Positions 51,868 to 64,000 of a stretch of 64,000 nucleotides of DNA are shown here, piece after piece. Every line of letters starts with the position of its first letter. The first letter of the stretch is position 1. Made by a program: the position numbers and the translations under genes. The notes below the pieces were generated by a model that searched no databases, was not told the origin of the DNA, and saw nothing but the letters and a program-made list of their open reading frames with translations. Origin of the DNA: Squalus acanthias (taxonomy: Eukaryota); assembly GCA_030390025.1 (NCBI GenBank), contig CM059430.1, positions 62,248,001 through 62,312,000 of the forward strand, read 5' to 3'.

Positions 51868-53045
51868 CAGAAATAATTATATATTTTCTAATGTGGCGAG
51901 TTAATTGCATTCACCAGTTTACATACTACTGGTTAAACATTGAACAGAACAGCATAGGCTAGATACAAAGGGCATAAAGCATAATTATTGTAGTTGTACA
52001 AGTGCGAATGTTAAGACCGCTGAGTACTGTGGTCGTTATAACTAATTAAACCTGTCAATATTCCTTTTAGTTTACAGTGTTACGGAAATGTTTAAATGAG
52101 CGGTAGTTCCAGAACACGGAGTTGCCCAATTACAAATAATATTGAATCTATAAACAGTTATTATTTAGGTACATTTTCAACGAAGCTGACCGTTTTCTTC
52201 TCTGCTAGTTAATCACTTACACCAACAACCCACCGGGGTCCCGGCTGAAATTGGTCTGCGGCGGTAGCGCGAAACAAGCGATAGCAATTCGGCAACCGGT
52301 TTTACATCGCGCTCGCATTTTTGTCCGAAAACCAATTTCGGCCCGAGAGTGAAATCCTTCCCCGACGGCGTCAAATATTTTGCTGAATACTATTTGCATG
52401 ACCCATGAAGCGGAACAAATATTTTTAGGAAATAGACAAACTACTCTGACGTGATTATGATATCAATCCTTCTTCATATTTGAACCTTTTTGCGGGATGA
52501 ATGAATAAATGTACCAGCTCCTCACGGCAGTTCGGTCCCTTTCCGGCAATTTTTCCCTGTGAAGCAATGAAATTTAATCATAATGAATGATTGAAATATT
52601 TACTGAGTTTGCATATCAATGCTTTCAAAGACCTTTCTAGAGTCGGTATAATGCCGAACATGATTTTCAATTTCAGATTGTGCTGTCAGTGTTTGAAATC
52701 CTACTGCAGCGAACAGGAATGTTGTACAACCATTCCGGGCTGGAGTCTCACACCTATTCAAGATACGTTCCATTCATCATGCTGCGAAGTGGAAATTTCT
52801 GCTGCAAACATCCAGATAATTAGATCCTTTTAAATTAAATTCTGGGAGTATTTTTGCGTTTTAAAGAGCTGAGTCTGTTGCTGTTTGGAACAATCAGCGC
52901 TCCCTGAAATCAGATCACACTGCCTTCAACTTTAAGTCATAATTTAGTTCTCCTTCATGTGCACTACTCGAAAACACTCACTCCCCCGTGCCCCGCAGCA
53001 CCCTGAAGAATTGTAAGAAAATCAAATGCTTACAATAGATGTTAC

Positions 53046-53159
53046 CTTTATTAATCTGCAATTGGCAGTGCGTTCCAATGATGAACAGGAGCAGCAGAAA
53101 CGCTAATCCACTCACAGCATATCTAAAACTCGAGTAGTAAGGGTACATTCCGAAGCTAT
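53046..53159 (-). pseudogene. IgSF gene 2, transmembrane exon (114 nt, phase 1/1)
   Basis: cttacag|AT...AAAG|gtaac; DSFGMYPYYSSFRYAVSGLAFLLLLFIIGTHCQLQINK. Confidence 0.75.
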
Positions 53160-53344
53160 CTGTAAGAATAATACGAGCAAATATATTAAGTTGCACATTG
53201 TGGCGGGCGTTTCCTAAAAAGAGGCCTCAGCAGGGTTCACTGGTTAAACTATTGATGCTTTTAGTTACTCTATAGTATAGAACAGCAATAATGATGTTTT
53301 AATTAAAAAAAATATTTTTTAGATATAATATTGAGAGGGACTTA

Positions 53345-55818
53345 TTCATCTAATGGAAGAGACAATGATGGCATAAACCGAAAAGAGAGTTTGCTGTAGG
53401 TGGACGATCATGGAATGCATTCGGGACAGTTTCTTAGAACAATATGTCATCGAACCAAACAGGGAACAGGCTATTTTAGATCTTGTGTTGTGCAATGAGA
53501 AAGGGTTAATTAGCAATCTCATAGTAAAAGATCCTCTAGGCACAGTGATCATAATATGATAGAATTTCACCTTAATTTTGAATGTGACTTGCATAAGTCC
53601 GAAACTAGAGTCTTAAACTTAAATAAAGCTAATTACATAGGTATGAGGGGCGAGTTGGCTAAGGTACATTGGAAAAATAGATTAAAAGGTATGCTGGTAA
53701 ATACGCAGTGGCTAGCATTAAAGAAATATTTCATAATTCTCAAGAAAAATACGTTCCATTGAGAAACAAAAATTCCATTGGAAGAGTGATCCAACCGTGG
53801 CTAAGTAAAGAAGTTAAGGATAGCAATAGATTGAAGCTTATAATGTTGCATATAATAATAGTAAGCCTGAGGATTGGGAGGGTTTCAGAAACCAGCATAG
53901 GTTGACCAAAAAATTGATGAAAAGGGAAGAAATAGCATTCGAGAAAACCAGAAAGAAATATAAAAGCAGATTGTAAGAGCTTCTACAAGTATGTAAAAAG
54001 GAAGAGAGTAGCAAACGTAAACTTTGATCCCTTAGAGGCTGAGACAGAGAAATTATTATGGGGAACAAGGAAATGGCAGAAACGTTAAACAAATATTTTG
54101 TATCTGTCTTCACAGTAGAAGACATAAAAAGCATACCAAAAATGATGGAGAATGAAGGGTCTAATGAGGGTGAGGAACTTAACGTAATTAATATAAGTAG
54201 AGAAAAAGTACTCGAGAAAATAATGGGACTAAAAGCCAACAAATCCCCTAGACCTGACGGCCTACAAGCTGGGGTTCTAAAAGAGGTGGCTGAAGAGATA
54301 TTGGATGCATTGGTTTTGACCTTCCAAAATTCCCTAGATTCTAGAATGGTCCCAGCGGATTGGAAGATCGCAAATGTAACACTGCTATTCAAGAAAGGAG
54401 GGAGGGAAATATAGGCCAGTTAGCCTGACATCAGTCATCGGGAAAATGCTGGAATCCATTGTTAAGTAAGTGTTGTCAGGGCACTTAGAATCATAACATG
54501 ATTAGGCAGAGTCAACATGGTTTTGTGAACGGGTAAATGTGTTTGACAAATTTATTAGAGTTTTTTGAGGATGTAACTAGCAGGATAGATAAAGGGGAAC
54601 CAGTGGATGTAGTATATTTGGATTTACAAAAGGCATTCGATAAGGTGCCACATAAAAGTTTATTACATAAGGTTAGAGCTCATGCGGTTGGGGGTAATAT
54701 AGTAACGTGGATAGAGGATTGGTTAATGGAGAGAAAATAAAGAGTAGGGATAAATGGATCTTTTTGAGGTTGGCAGGCTGTAAAAAGTGGGGTGATGCAA
54801 GGATCAGTGTTGGGGCCTCAGCTATTTACAATCTATATTAATGACCTAGATGAAGGGTTCCGAGTGTAATGCATCCAAATTTGCTGATGATATAAAGCTA
54901 GGTGGGACAGTAAGCTGTGAGGAGAGCACAAATAGTCTGCAAACGGATACAGATAGACTAAGTTAGTGGTCAGTAAGGTGGCGGATGGAGTATAATGTAG
55001 GCAAATGTGAGGTTATTCACTTTGGTAGGAAGAATAGAAAAACAGAGTATTTTTTAAATGGTGCCAAAATTTGAAATGTTGGTGTTCAGAGAGATTTGGG
55101 TGTCCTCGTGCAAGAAACACAGAAAGCTAGCATGCAGGTACAGCAAGCAATAAGGAAGGCAAATGTCATGTTGGCCTTTATTGCAAGGGGGTTGGAGTAT
55201 AAGAGTAAGGAAGTCATACGATAATTTTACAGGGCCTTGGTGAGAGCACACCTGGAGTGCTGTGCACAGTTTTGGTGTCCTTATCTAAGGAAGGGTATAC
55301 TTGCCTTAGCGGCGGTGCAACAAAGGTTCACTAGATTGAATCCTGGTTTGAGAGGGCTGTCCACTGTTGAGAGATTGTGTAGAATAGGACTATACACTCT
55401 GGAGTTTAGAAGAAACGGAGGTGATCTTCTTGAAACATAAAGATTCTGAAGGGGATTTACAGGGCAGATGCTGAGAGGTTGTTTCTCCTTGCTGGATTGT
55501 CTAGAACTAGGGGGCATAGACTCAGGATAAGGGGTCGGCCAATTAAGACCGAGATGAGGAGGAATTTCTTCACTCAGAGGGTTGTGAAGCCTTGAAATTC
55601 TCTTCCCCAGAGTGTTGTGAATGCTGAGTCTTTCAGTATATTCAAGGCTGAGATAGATAGATATTGGGACTCTAGGGGGAATCAAGGGATAAGGAGTTCG
55701 GGCGGTGAAGTGGAGTTGAGCTCGATGATCAGCCATGAACTTATTGAATGGCGGAGCAGGCTCGAGGGGCCGTAGGGCGTACTCCTTGTCCTATTTCTTA
55801 TGTTCTTATGTTCTTATG
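53345..55818 (+). mobile_element. 5'-truncated CR1 LINE in the C1-TM intron
   Basis: RT motifs YLDLQKAFDKVPH, VRAHLECCAQFW; tail ttcttatgttcttatgttcttatgt. Confidence 0.92.
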
Positions 55819-57744
55819 TACTATACGAGAGGAATGATTCCCTGGACCGAATGGTTTGCACTTATCCTTCACTTTTTTATGTTCTTTACTTATTGCCTGA
55901 TGTAATCTGAGGCAATTCGGTGACAATTGTTTCGCCGTTCCCTGTACAAAATGCCAAATTGCAGAAATCGGTTAAAACCCCCTGTTCACACACCAATACT
56001 TTATTGAATGTGATTGAATAGTGAAGGAGATGGTTTATTAATTATTGTCTGCCGAGGTTAGCATTTCTTAATAAAATGAAGTAACCAGCTGAAAATAGTC
56101 AGACAGAAAGCACAGTTTAAATTAAATGTATGAGACAGATCCCACTTCAGCCCGCTGTGCCAGGATTAGAAGTTGGCCAAAGGGTTAATTTCAGAACTCT
56201 TCTTTCAGAATCACCAAAAAGCGGATCAGGATCGGGAACTGCATTGGGGGAAACCCGAGAGCACACAACTTGACCGTAGCTCCAGGTAATCGTCCAGATG
56301 AAGGAAAACCAAATAACGGTAATGAATAAACATTTTAACATGGGAACAAAACAAAGAGTAACAATCAGCAAAATATGAAATATAATCGGATACCAAAGAT
56401 AAGCCTCATGTTTATATGTGTTAGGTATCAAATACAGGAATACAAAGCTAATAATATTTTACTGAGAATGTTTGTATGGCGGACGATATAACCGGGTTTA
56501 CAGCACATTGGATTCCATTATACATTAAAACATGAATTGTATGTGTTCGTTTATATTCCTATGAATGTTCCGTGTATTTCAGCAACCGTTCAAAAACACG
56601 TCCTTAATTGCAGTTCCTTATGAAAAGATTTCCTTTTGTGCTGTCCTATCTATCTTTGACTTCAACCTTCTTCTTTCTTAATCATTCTATTTGTATGTTT
56701 GTCACACAATTTATTTACTGTGGTGTCTGTAAATGTCGACAGAGTACCTTTTTGCATTTTGTCTGTTTCACTCCTAATGAATGAAATCTTTATTATTTCT
56801 CTCCTTAGGTCCTTCCAATTGTTGTGTATTGGCTCCCACACAAGTTCAATTTTTAATGTACTCAATATCTATCTCTGACCTTTGTTTATGGTCCTAGTGA
56901 TGTGGGAAGGTGGAAGACAACATGTACTAGGTGAAACAGGCTTTTGGAGAGGTGATGCAAGATGGAGAGTTGAGAGAGAAAATGGGTGGGGAGACTGTGT
57001 GGCTGGAAGGGGTGTAGGCAGCGCTGTGGCCAGGACGAAAGAATGGGATATATTTCGATCATGAAAGTTGGAAGGGAAGGTAGGCTTGAGCAGAATGGAA
57101 GAAGGTACGAACTAGGATTAATTATGTCGTGTGTGGGAGTGCTGGGATTTGGAAACCTGTGGGAATTTAGCGTGTGTTCTTGGTTGGTCGGATTATCCGG
57201 CACCGGGGGGTAGAAGGCCATTGCGTAACTGAAATGTGAAACCTGGGAACCTTGGAAATGAGGTTGTGCTTCGGAGTAAGTGACGGTGTAAAAGCCCTCA
57301 CACTGAATCGCCCATCAGAGGCCGGACTCAGGAGCCGCAATGGGAGACACTTGAGACCAGAGAACCGAACTGCTGCTCCTGGTCCTGCAACTCATGTAAG
57401 GAACCAGATAATGGAAAAAGAATGGATGTTGAGTAATAAGAAAGACATGAAAATAATTGGATAGAAGAGGTACGTCGCCTGCTCATATTTGTGTTAACAA
57501 TTGGAGGCTGATGAGGTTTCACAGGCAGTTACTGGCTGAGGACGATAATAATCATTCGGTTTTACATCGGTTCCGTGTCAATAAGATTTTTACATTGAAA
57601 CATTAATTTTCTCTTTGCTTTGATATTTCCCGAGAGATTATTTTTAAACTATCTTTATGATTATCATTATGAACAAACTCTATGAACTACCCTTTCAGAA
57701 TATAACAGGAGCTAATCTCACTTCTTGGCCTGTTGGCCTCTTAC

Positions 57745-58056
57745 CTGGGTCGGAATTAGTAACAGTGTGGATGGTAATGGCGGGAGTTCCGAAGGAGACA
57801 TGAGATACCAAACAAATGTAAACAGCCCCATTCGGCACAGGCTGCGTCTCTTCCAAAGAGCTGGAAACTTCATAAAGTCCCTCAGTGTTCTGCCGTTCAG
57901 TGGAATTGATCGCAGTTGCGGTTTCGACGCCATTTTTATACCAAACGAGGGTTAATTCGCCCGGGTAAAACCCAGCCGTTTCACACACAAGAGTCAGAGA
58001 CGCAGCTGAATTGCTCTCGGGTGTCCTGGAAACAATCTTCACTGGAGTTGGAACAG
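57745..58056 (-). pseudogene. IgSF gene 2, C1-set exon (312 nt, open frame)
   Basis: gctgcag|CT...CCAG|gtaaga; LTLVCETAGFYPGELTLVWYKNG...YICLVSHVSF; about 63% aa identity to the gene 1 C1 by manual alignment. Confidence 0.88.
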
Positions 58057-58109
58057 CTGCAGCACAGAGAATGGAGAAAATCAGGTTACTGGGGGATATT
58101 AAACGTAAG

Positions 58110-58771
58110 GGCCCAGAAATTCGGGTCTCCAGGGGTGAGTACGCATTGTGTACTCACCCGTAAGGCCAACGAAAGTGCCGGTTTCGCGCATGCACTGCGC
58201 ATGCGCTGGAGCCGGAATTTCCGTTCCCTTGAAGGAAGGGGTTCACAGGTCAAACGCGTGCGCCTTGCTTTTAACAAGGTAAGAGGTGAATTTAGTAGAA
58301 TTGAAGCATTTTTTTCACAGGTGTATCTTTTTTAAATACTTTAAATGAAGGTAAGTTTATTTTTAGCCCCGTTAAAAACTTTAATAAATTTTGTCAAAAA
58401 TTCTAATTTGTGTTTAAAATAGTTAATTTATGTAATTTATAGTTATTTTAAAAATGTGATTTTTTTTTAAATGTATTTGAAGTTTTACTTAGGTTTTGGG
58501 GCCGATCTCTATTCATAGATTTGACAGGCCTTTCTGTCAAATCTATGAATGGAGATTCCCTGCTCCAATAGGCTCACAATGGCCCACGTGATCCCAGTGG
58601 ACACTGAAAACTAGCTTCACCACTGGGATACGCGAGCACTGCACACCGGCAGCTGGAGGAGGCCCAGGATCGGAATCACACAGTGGCCCACAGCACAATA
58701 GCAGGCGCGCTATGTAAGTGCAGGTCGGGGGCTTGCGCCCGTGGCAAGCCTCCGACCTGAATTTCTGGGTC
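58110..58771. mobile_element. Harbinger-type MITE with AAG TSD
   Basis: aag|GGCCCAGAAATTC...GAATTTCTGGGTC|aag. Confidence 0.88.
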
Positions 58772-58809
58772 AAGATATGGGAGAAGAATCGTATCCTCAA
58801 TGGTTCCCT

Positions 58810-59685
58810 TTTTCTAATTAGTTCACGGGATGTGGGCGTCGCTGGCAAGGCCAGCATTTATTGCCCATCTCTAATTGCCCTTGAGCAGAAGGTGCTGAAC
58901 TGCCTTCTTCAACCGCTGTAGTCCGTGGGGTGAAGGCACTCCCATAGTGCTGTTCGGGAGAGAGTTCCAGGATGTTGACCCACCGACAATGACGGAACGG
59001 CGAAATACTTCCAAGTCAGGATGCTGTGGAACATGGAGGGGAACCTGCAGGTGATGGTGCTCCCATGCGCCTGTTGTCCCATGCGCCTGTTGCCCTTGTC
59101 CTACTAGGTGGTAGAGGTCGCGGGCTTGGGAGGTGCTGCCGAAGAAGCCTTGGTGAGTTGCTGCAGTGCATCTTGTAGATGGTACACACTGCAGCCACGG
59201 TATGCCGGTGGTGAGTGAGTGAATATTTAAGGTGGTGGATGGGGTGCTAATCAAGCGGGCTTCTTTGTCCTGGATGGTCTTGAGCTTTTTGATTGTTGCT
59301 GGAGCTGCCGTCATCCAGACAAGTGAGAGTATTCCACAACACTCCTGACTTGTGCCTTGTAGATGGTGGAAAGGCTTTGGGAGTCAGGAGGTGAGACACT
59401 CGCTGTAGAATTTCCGGCCTCTGACCTGCTCTTGTTGCCACAATATTTATGTGGCTGTTCCAGTTAAGGTTCTGATCAATGTTGACCCCCAGGATGTTGA
59501 TGGTGCGGGATTCGGCGATGGTAATGCCGTTGAATATCAAGGGGCGGTGGTTAGACTTTCGCTTGTGGGAGATAGTCAGTGCCTGGCACTTGCGTGGTGC
59601 GAATGTTACTTACCACTTTTCAGCCCAAGCCTGAATGTCGTCCAGGTCTTGCTACATGCGGGTATAGACTGCTCATTATCTGAGG
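58810..59685 (-). mobile_element. 3' fragment of the second LINE family
   Basis: Reverse-complement match to ~20050-20870. Confidence 0.85.
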
Positions 59686-60218
59686 TAGTTAGTTTGTAGT
59701 AACTCTAGGTTTTGTCTCCCCATGAGAACCGTGTATATGGCGCGCGCCACCCATTAATAGAAAATATTTTCAGAAAGTCTTCAATGTATTTGGTTTTGTG
59801 CCGCATCGTCCATCATTAGAAATGTGTCGTAAAAACTACATTTTGAGATGAATCCAGTAACATGTTACTTACGACAAGTGAGAGACCTGAAACATTAACT
59901 CCTTTTCTCTCTCCACTCATGCTGCCTGAACTGTTAACTATTCCAGCTTTTTCTGTTTATATTTCAGATTTCCAGCATCCGAAATATTTTGCCTTTTTAA
60001 CATAGTACTTAATCTGGTTAATATTCATGGAATTATACACAACTCAGCAAATGAAACGTCATATTTTGCCGTATAATTACCAATTGTGTGCAGAGTTTCA
60101 CTCTCAATGTACAAATATACTTTTAATAATATCAAAGACGGAGCAATTAAACAATGACAAAACATCATCCTTGTCACAGTTGATACATCTGGCCGTTCCC
60201 GCTCACTCCGGTCATTAC

Positions 60219-60539
60219 CGCACACAGTTACAGGTGATCCTGTTCCATTTCCAATAATTCTTCCCTGACGGATCACTGCGCAGTGATGGATTCCAGAGTT
60301 CTGGAAAGTCACGTTCATCAACTAAAAGAAACCGCCTCCTTTCTTTTTCTGAAAAAAATCGTTTTCTGTTATCGGCTCCTGTTTGCAGATATTAATTCTT
60401 AACCTGTTTCCACCAACGCACTTCTACCCCCGAATTGTCATGAGCAAGGGGGATTACGCAGTGGAAGGTGATGTGTGTCCCCTTAATTTAATTACTTGTT
60501 CGGGAGTTTGAGGCACGCTGATCGAAGTACGCGCAACAG
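60219..60539 (-). pseudogene. IgSF gene 2, V-set exon, disabled
   Basis: Aligns to the gene 1 V exon; 1-nt deletion before ITFHC, TAA after WWKQVKN, 1-nt insertion in a T run, TAG before LMNVTFQ; ends GNGTGSPVTVC G|gtaat. Confidence 0.88.
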
Positions 60540-60732
60540 CTGTTAGAAAATATATTAAAAGTTTGGTTAATTGTATTCCATGCGGAACCAAAAACTTTAA
60601 AATGCATTTCTACATGGAAATGAAAAAGGCAAAGAAGAATACAGACGGACTAACTATATTTAATTCAATTTGTTAGATAACTACTTCAGATTTTTTAAAT
60701 TCAGACAGTTGGGATAGAGAATAAACAGGTAC

Positions 60733-60793
60733 CTGTGAAAATGATCCCCGGGAGAGACAGGAACAGGAAAAGAAACAGCACAATCGACAACAT
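60733..60793 (-). pseudogene. IgSF gene 2, leader exon MLSIVLFLFLFLSLPGIIFT
   Basis: ATG at 60793, donor ACAG|gtacc, phase 1. Confidence 0.85.
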
Positions 60794-60984
60794 TCCGAAC
60801 AAAAGATTCAACGGATCACTGACTGCACTGACTGTGTGTTTGCCACTGAAGGGAGGGTTTGGTAATTATTTAAACAGAATTGCGAGCAATGGCATCTGAC
60901 ATCCTGTGTCTGTGGGTGGAAACATTTGATGAACGTTCTGCTCTTAGGCAGCCATTGGAATCAGCTATGTCACGGTTTAATTTG

Positions 60985-61975
60985 TATTCGTTTATGGGAT
61001 GTGGGGGTCGCTGGCAAGGCCATCACTTATTGCCCATCCCTACTTGCCCTTGAGAAGCTGGTGGTGATCCGCCTTCTTGAATCGCTGCACTCGTGTGGTG
61101 ACGGTACTCCCATAGTGCTGCTAGGTAGGGAGTTCCAGGATTTTGACCCAGCGACGATGAAGAACCGGCGATACACTTCTAAGTCAGGATGGTGTGTGAC
61201 TTAGAGGGTAAGTTGGAGGTGGTGATGTTCCCATGCTCCTGCTGCCCTTGTCCTTCTAGGTTTTAGAGGACGTGGGTTTAGGAGGTGCTGCCGAAGAAGC
61301 CTTGGCGAGCTGCTGCAGTGCATCTTGTAGATGGTACACACTGCAGCCATGGTACGCTGGTGGTGGAGGGAGTGAATGTTTAAGGTGGTGGATGGGTTGC
61401 CAATCAAGCGGGTTGCTTTGTCCTGGATGGTGTCGAGCTTCTTCAGTGTTGTTGGAGCTCCACTCATCCATCCTGGTGGAGAATATGCTACCACACTCCT
61501 TACTTCTGCCTTGTAGATGGTGGAAAAGTTTTGGTGAGTCAGGAGGTAAGACACTCGCCGCAGAATACCTAGCCTCTGACCTGCTCTTGTTGCCACAGTA
61601 TTTATGTGGCTAGTCCAGTTAAGTTTCTGGTCAATGGTGAGCCCCAGGATGTTGATGGTGGGGGATTCAGCGATTGTAATGTCAAAGGGTGGTGGTTAGA
61701 ATCTCGCTTGTTGAAGATAGCAATTATGTTACCTGCCACTGATCAGCCGAAGCCTGAACGTCGTCCAGGTCTTGTTGCATGCGGGCATGGACTGCTTCAT
61801 TATCTGAGGAGTAGTGAATGGTGCTGAACACTGTTCCATCATCAGCGAATATCCCCATTTCAGACCTTATGTTGGAGGGAAGGTCATTGATGAAGAAGCT
61901 GAAGATGGTTGGGCCGAGGACACTGCCCTGAGGAACTCCTGCAGCGATGTCCTGGGGCTGAGATGATTGATTTTC
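60985..61975 (-). mobile_element. 3' fragment of the second LINE family
   Basis: [28 protein letters not shown]. Confidence 0.88.
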
Positions 61976-61979
61976 TACC

Positions 61980-62885
61980 ACCTTCAAACAGCCGACTAAC
62001 CTCAAACAGACCATCGTTCGCAGCAAATTACCCAGCCTTCAGGAGAACAGCGACCACGACACCACACAACCCTGCCACGGCAAACTCTGCAAGACATGCC
62101 TGATCATCAACACAGATACCATCATCACACGTGAGGACACCACCCACCAGGTACATGGTACATACTCTTGGGATTCGGCCAACATTGTCTACCTCATACG
62201 TTGCAGGAAAGGATGCCCTGGAGCACGGTACATCGGCGAGGCCATGCAGACACTGCGACAACGTATGAACGGACACCACGCAACAATCACCAGGCAGGAG
62301 TGTTCCCTCCCAGTCGGGGAACACTTCAGCAGTCAAGGACATTCAGCCTCCGAACTTCGGTTAAGCGTTCTCCAAGGCGACCTTCGAGACACACGACAAC
62401 GCAAAATCGTCGAGCAGAAACTGATAGCCAAGTTCCGCACCCATGAGGACGCCCTCAACTGGGATCTTGGGTTCCTGTCACGCTACATGTAACCCCACCT
62501 GACGTAGAGTCATCCAGACTCGAGTCGTCGTTGGCTTGTTCTCTCTACACAGATGCGGCCGGTCCTGCTGTGATTTCCAGCAAAACAAGTTTTTTGTTTT
62601 CCATACAGACCCCAGCATCTGCCACATTGTCTATGATGTAATGTTTTGCTGACTGACCTGTTTGGACACCATCCACAGCTTTGATTGCCGTGATTATCTC
62701 TCTGCCGAGGTGTGATAAAGGGCAGTTGGTAGGATTAACTGAAATTATCTGGCTGTGTTCTCTGACTATATATGCTGTGACTATATGAATCTCTTCACTT
62801 CACCTGACGAAGGAGCAGCACTCCGAAAGCTTGTGATTTCAAATAAATCTGTTGGACTATAACATGGTGTTGTGCGACTTCTCAC
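61980..62885 (+). mobile_element. Penelope-like element 3' part (GIY-YIG + pseudo-LTR), same family as 4135-5468
   Basis: YIGEAMQTLRQRMNGH...PVGEHFS...LIAKFRTH. Confidence 0.9.
62800..62836 (+). ncRNA. Minimal type I hammerhead ribozyme in Penelope pseudo-LTR
   Basis: TCAC-CTGACGA-A-GGAG CAGCA CTCC-GAAA-GCTT-GTGA. Confidence 0.8.
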
Positions 62886-63369
62886 ATTTCTCTATCCACT
62901 GTCACCTCTTTGGAACAACCTATCTCAACATTGACAGATTACTTCTTTCATCTCAACCTCACGTGCCATCTATTCCATCAGCATCGGTGCCCTTGAAAAG
63001 ATCTCACCTTGGTCCTCAGAATCCCAAAACGATCAGCACCAACACCAGCATCACCACGCACTCCAGCAGCACCAACAACCACACCAACCTTCACCACAAT
63101 CAACTGATGCTGCACTGGATACAGGGCATCATCACCCGTGCACATTGCTGCCCGGGACACCAGCGATGGACTCACCATGTTCAACTTAGCTTCACTGAAC
63201 GCAGTACACACTGGCTGCCACATGATGCACCAGGTTGGCATCACCCCAGACCAGCACCATAAAGCATCCCTACAATGTCCAAGCCATTCCTTTCACTCTC
63301 ATCACCATTGCAGGAGTGGGGAGGGAAGTTCTGTCGCACCATTCACGGCAACTCACTAAGACACTTTCA

Positions 63370-64000
63370 AATGTACACACGAATCTGTCCAAGAACGCAA
63401 AGTGTTGAAAATAAAGATTTCAATGTTTGATTGCACATTACCAGAATCTTCACGTGAATATTGGCTAAACCATCCAAGTACTTACCCTTGTGTGTTGTGA
63501 GTTGGTATTCTTGCAGTAGGATGAGGCTGAGTTTGAGGAGGGGGGCTAGTGAGATGGGGAAGTGATAATGTAGATAGAGAGGGATGGGTGGAGGTGCAAG
63601 GTGAGTTGGTGTGAGTAAAGATGTGCAGGAGTAGGATAGGGTAGGCATAGTAATGGGGGTGTGATGAGTGGCACAGCAGGATGAGGCTGAGTGTGGCATG
63701 GCAGTAACATTTCGTGAGCTACTGAGATCATTGAAAGGTTTGTGCGACTGCAGCCTGGTCCTCCTGACGACATCCCTGCTTGTGCCGTCCTGTGCAATTT
63801 GCAACCAGGCTGCGTTGGTGTCCTGGGAAGGTGTCTTCCGCCCATTGGTAGGGAAGAGAACCGCCCTGCATGATGTGACTGGCTCCATAAGCAGATGGAG
63901 GGAGTAATGGGAGAGCCTGGTTGCAGCCGTGCACCTTTGTGCAGTGCTTGTCAGTGTTTGCAACACCTCAATGCTGCACAACACTGACAACAGAAATGTC
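63370..64000 (-). mobile_element. Second Harbinger remnant (Myb/SANT-like exon ~63710-63900)
   Basis: RAVLFPTNGRKTP...AAWLQIAQ...VRRTRLQSHKPFNDL, same motif pattern as 42800-43042. Confidence 0.65.

Noticed and set aside
56147-56431. Hydrophobic ORF in the C1-TM intron as an alternative TM exon
   Set aside because: No convincing flanking splice sites; 53046-53159 fits phase and splice signals much better

Overview
Vertebrate genomic DNA, most likely from a cartilaginous fish (inferred from the CR1/HE1-type LINE-SINE tails, a DeuSINE and the gene type). Most of the window is decayed transposons: many CR1-group LINEs, Penelope elements carrying hammerhead ribozymes, a Harbinger transposon with its MITEs, and the 3' end of an LTR element/ERV. 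Host content falls into two families. (1) Two minus-strand paralogues of a non-rearranging Ig-superfamily receptor (leader, germline-joined VJ-type V domain, C1 domain, TM, Tyr-motif tail). The copy at 3692-6940 is intact as far as visible, and its 3' exons would lie left of the window. The copy at ~51690-60793 is a pseudogene. (2) Three decayed copies of a small two-exon gene that I cannot assign to a known family, starting MGxxFS where exon 1 is visible (~22130-23425 minus, ~46030-47190 plus, 49074-~50950 plus). All calls come from manual reading; repeat boundaries are approximate.
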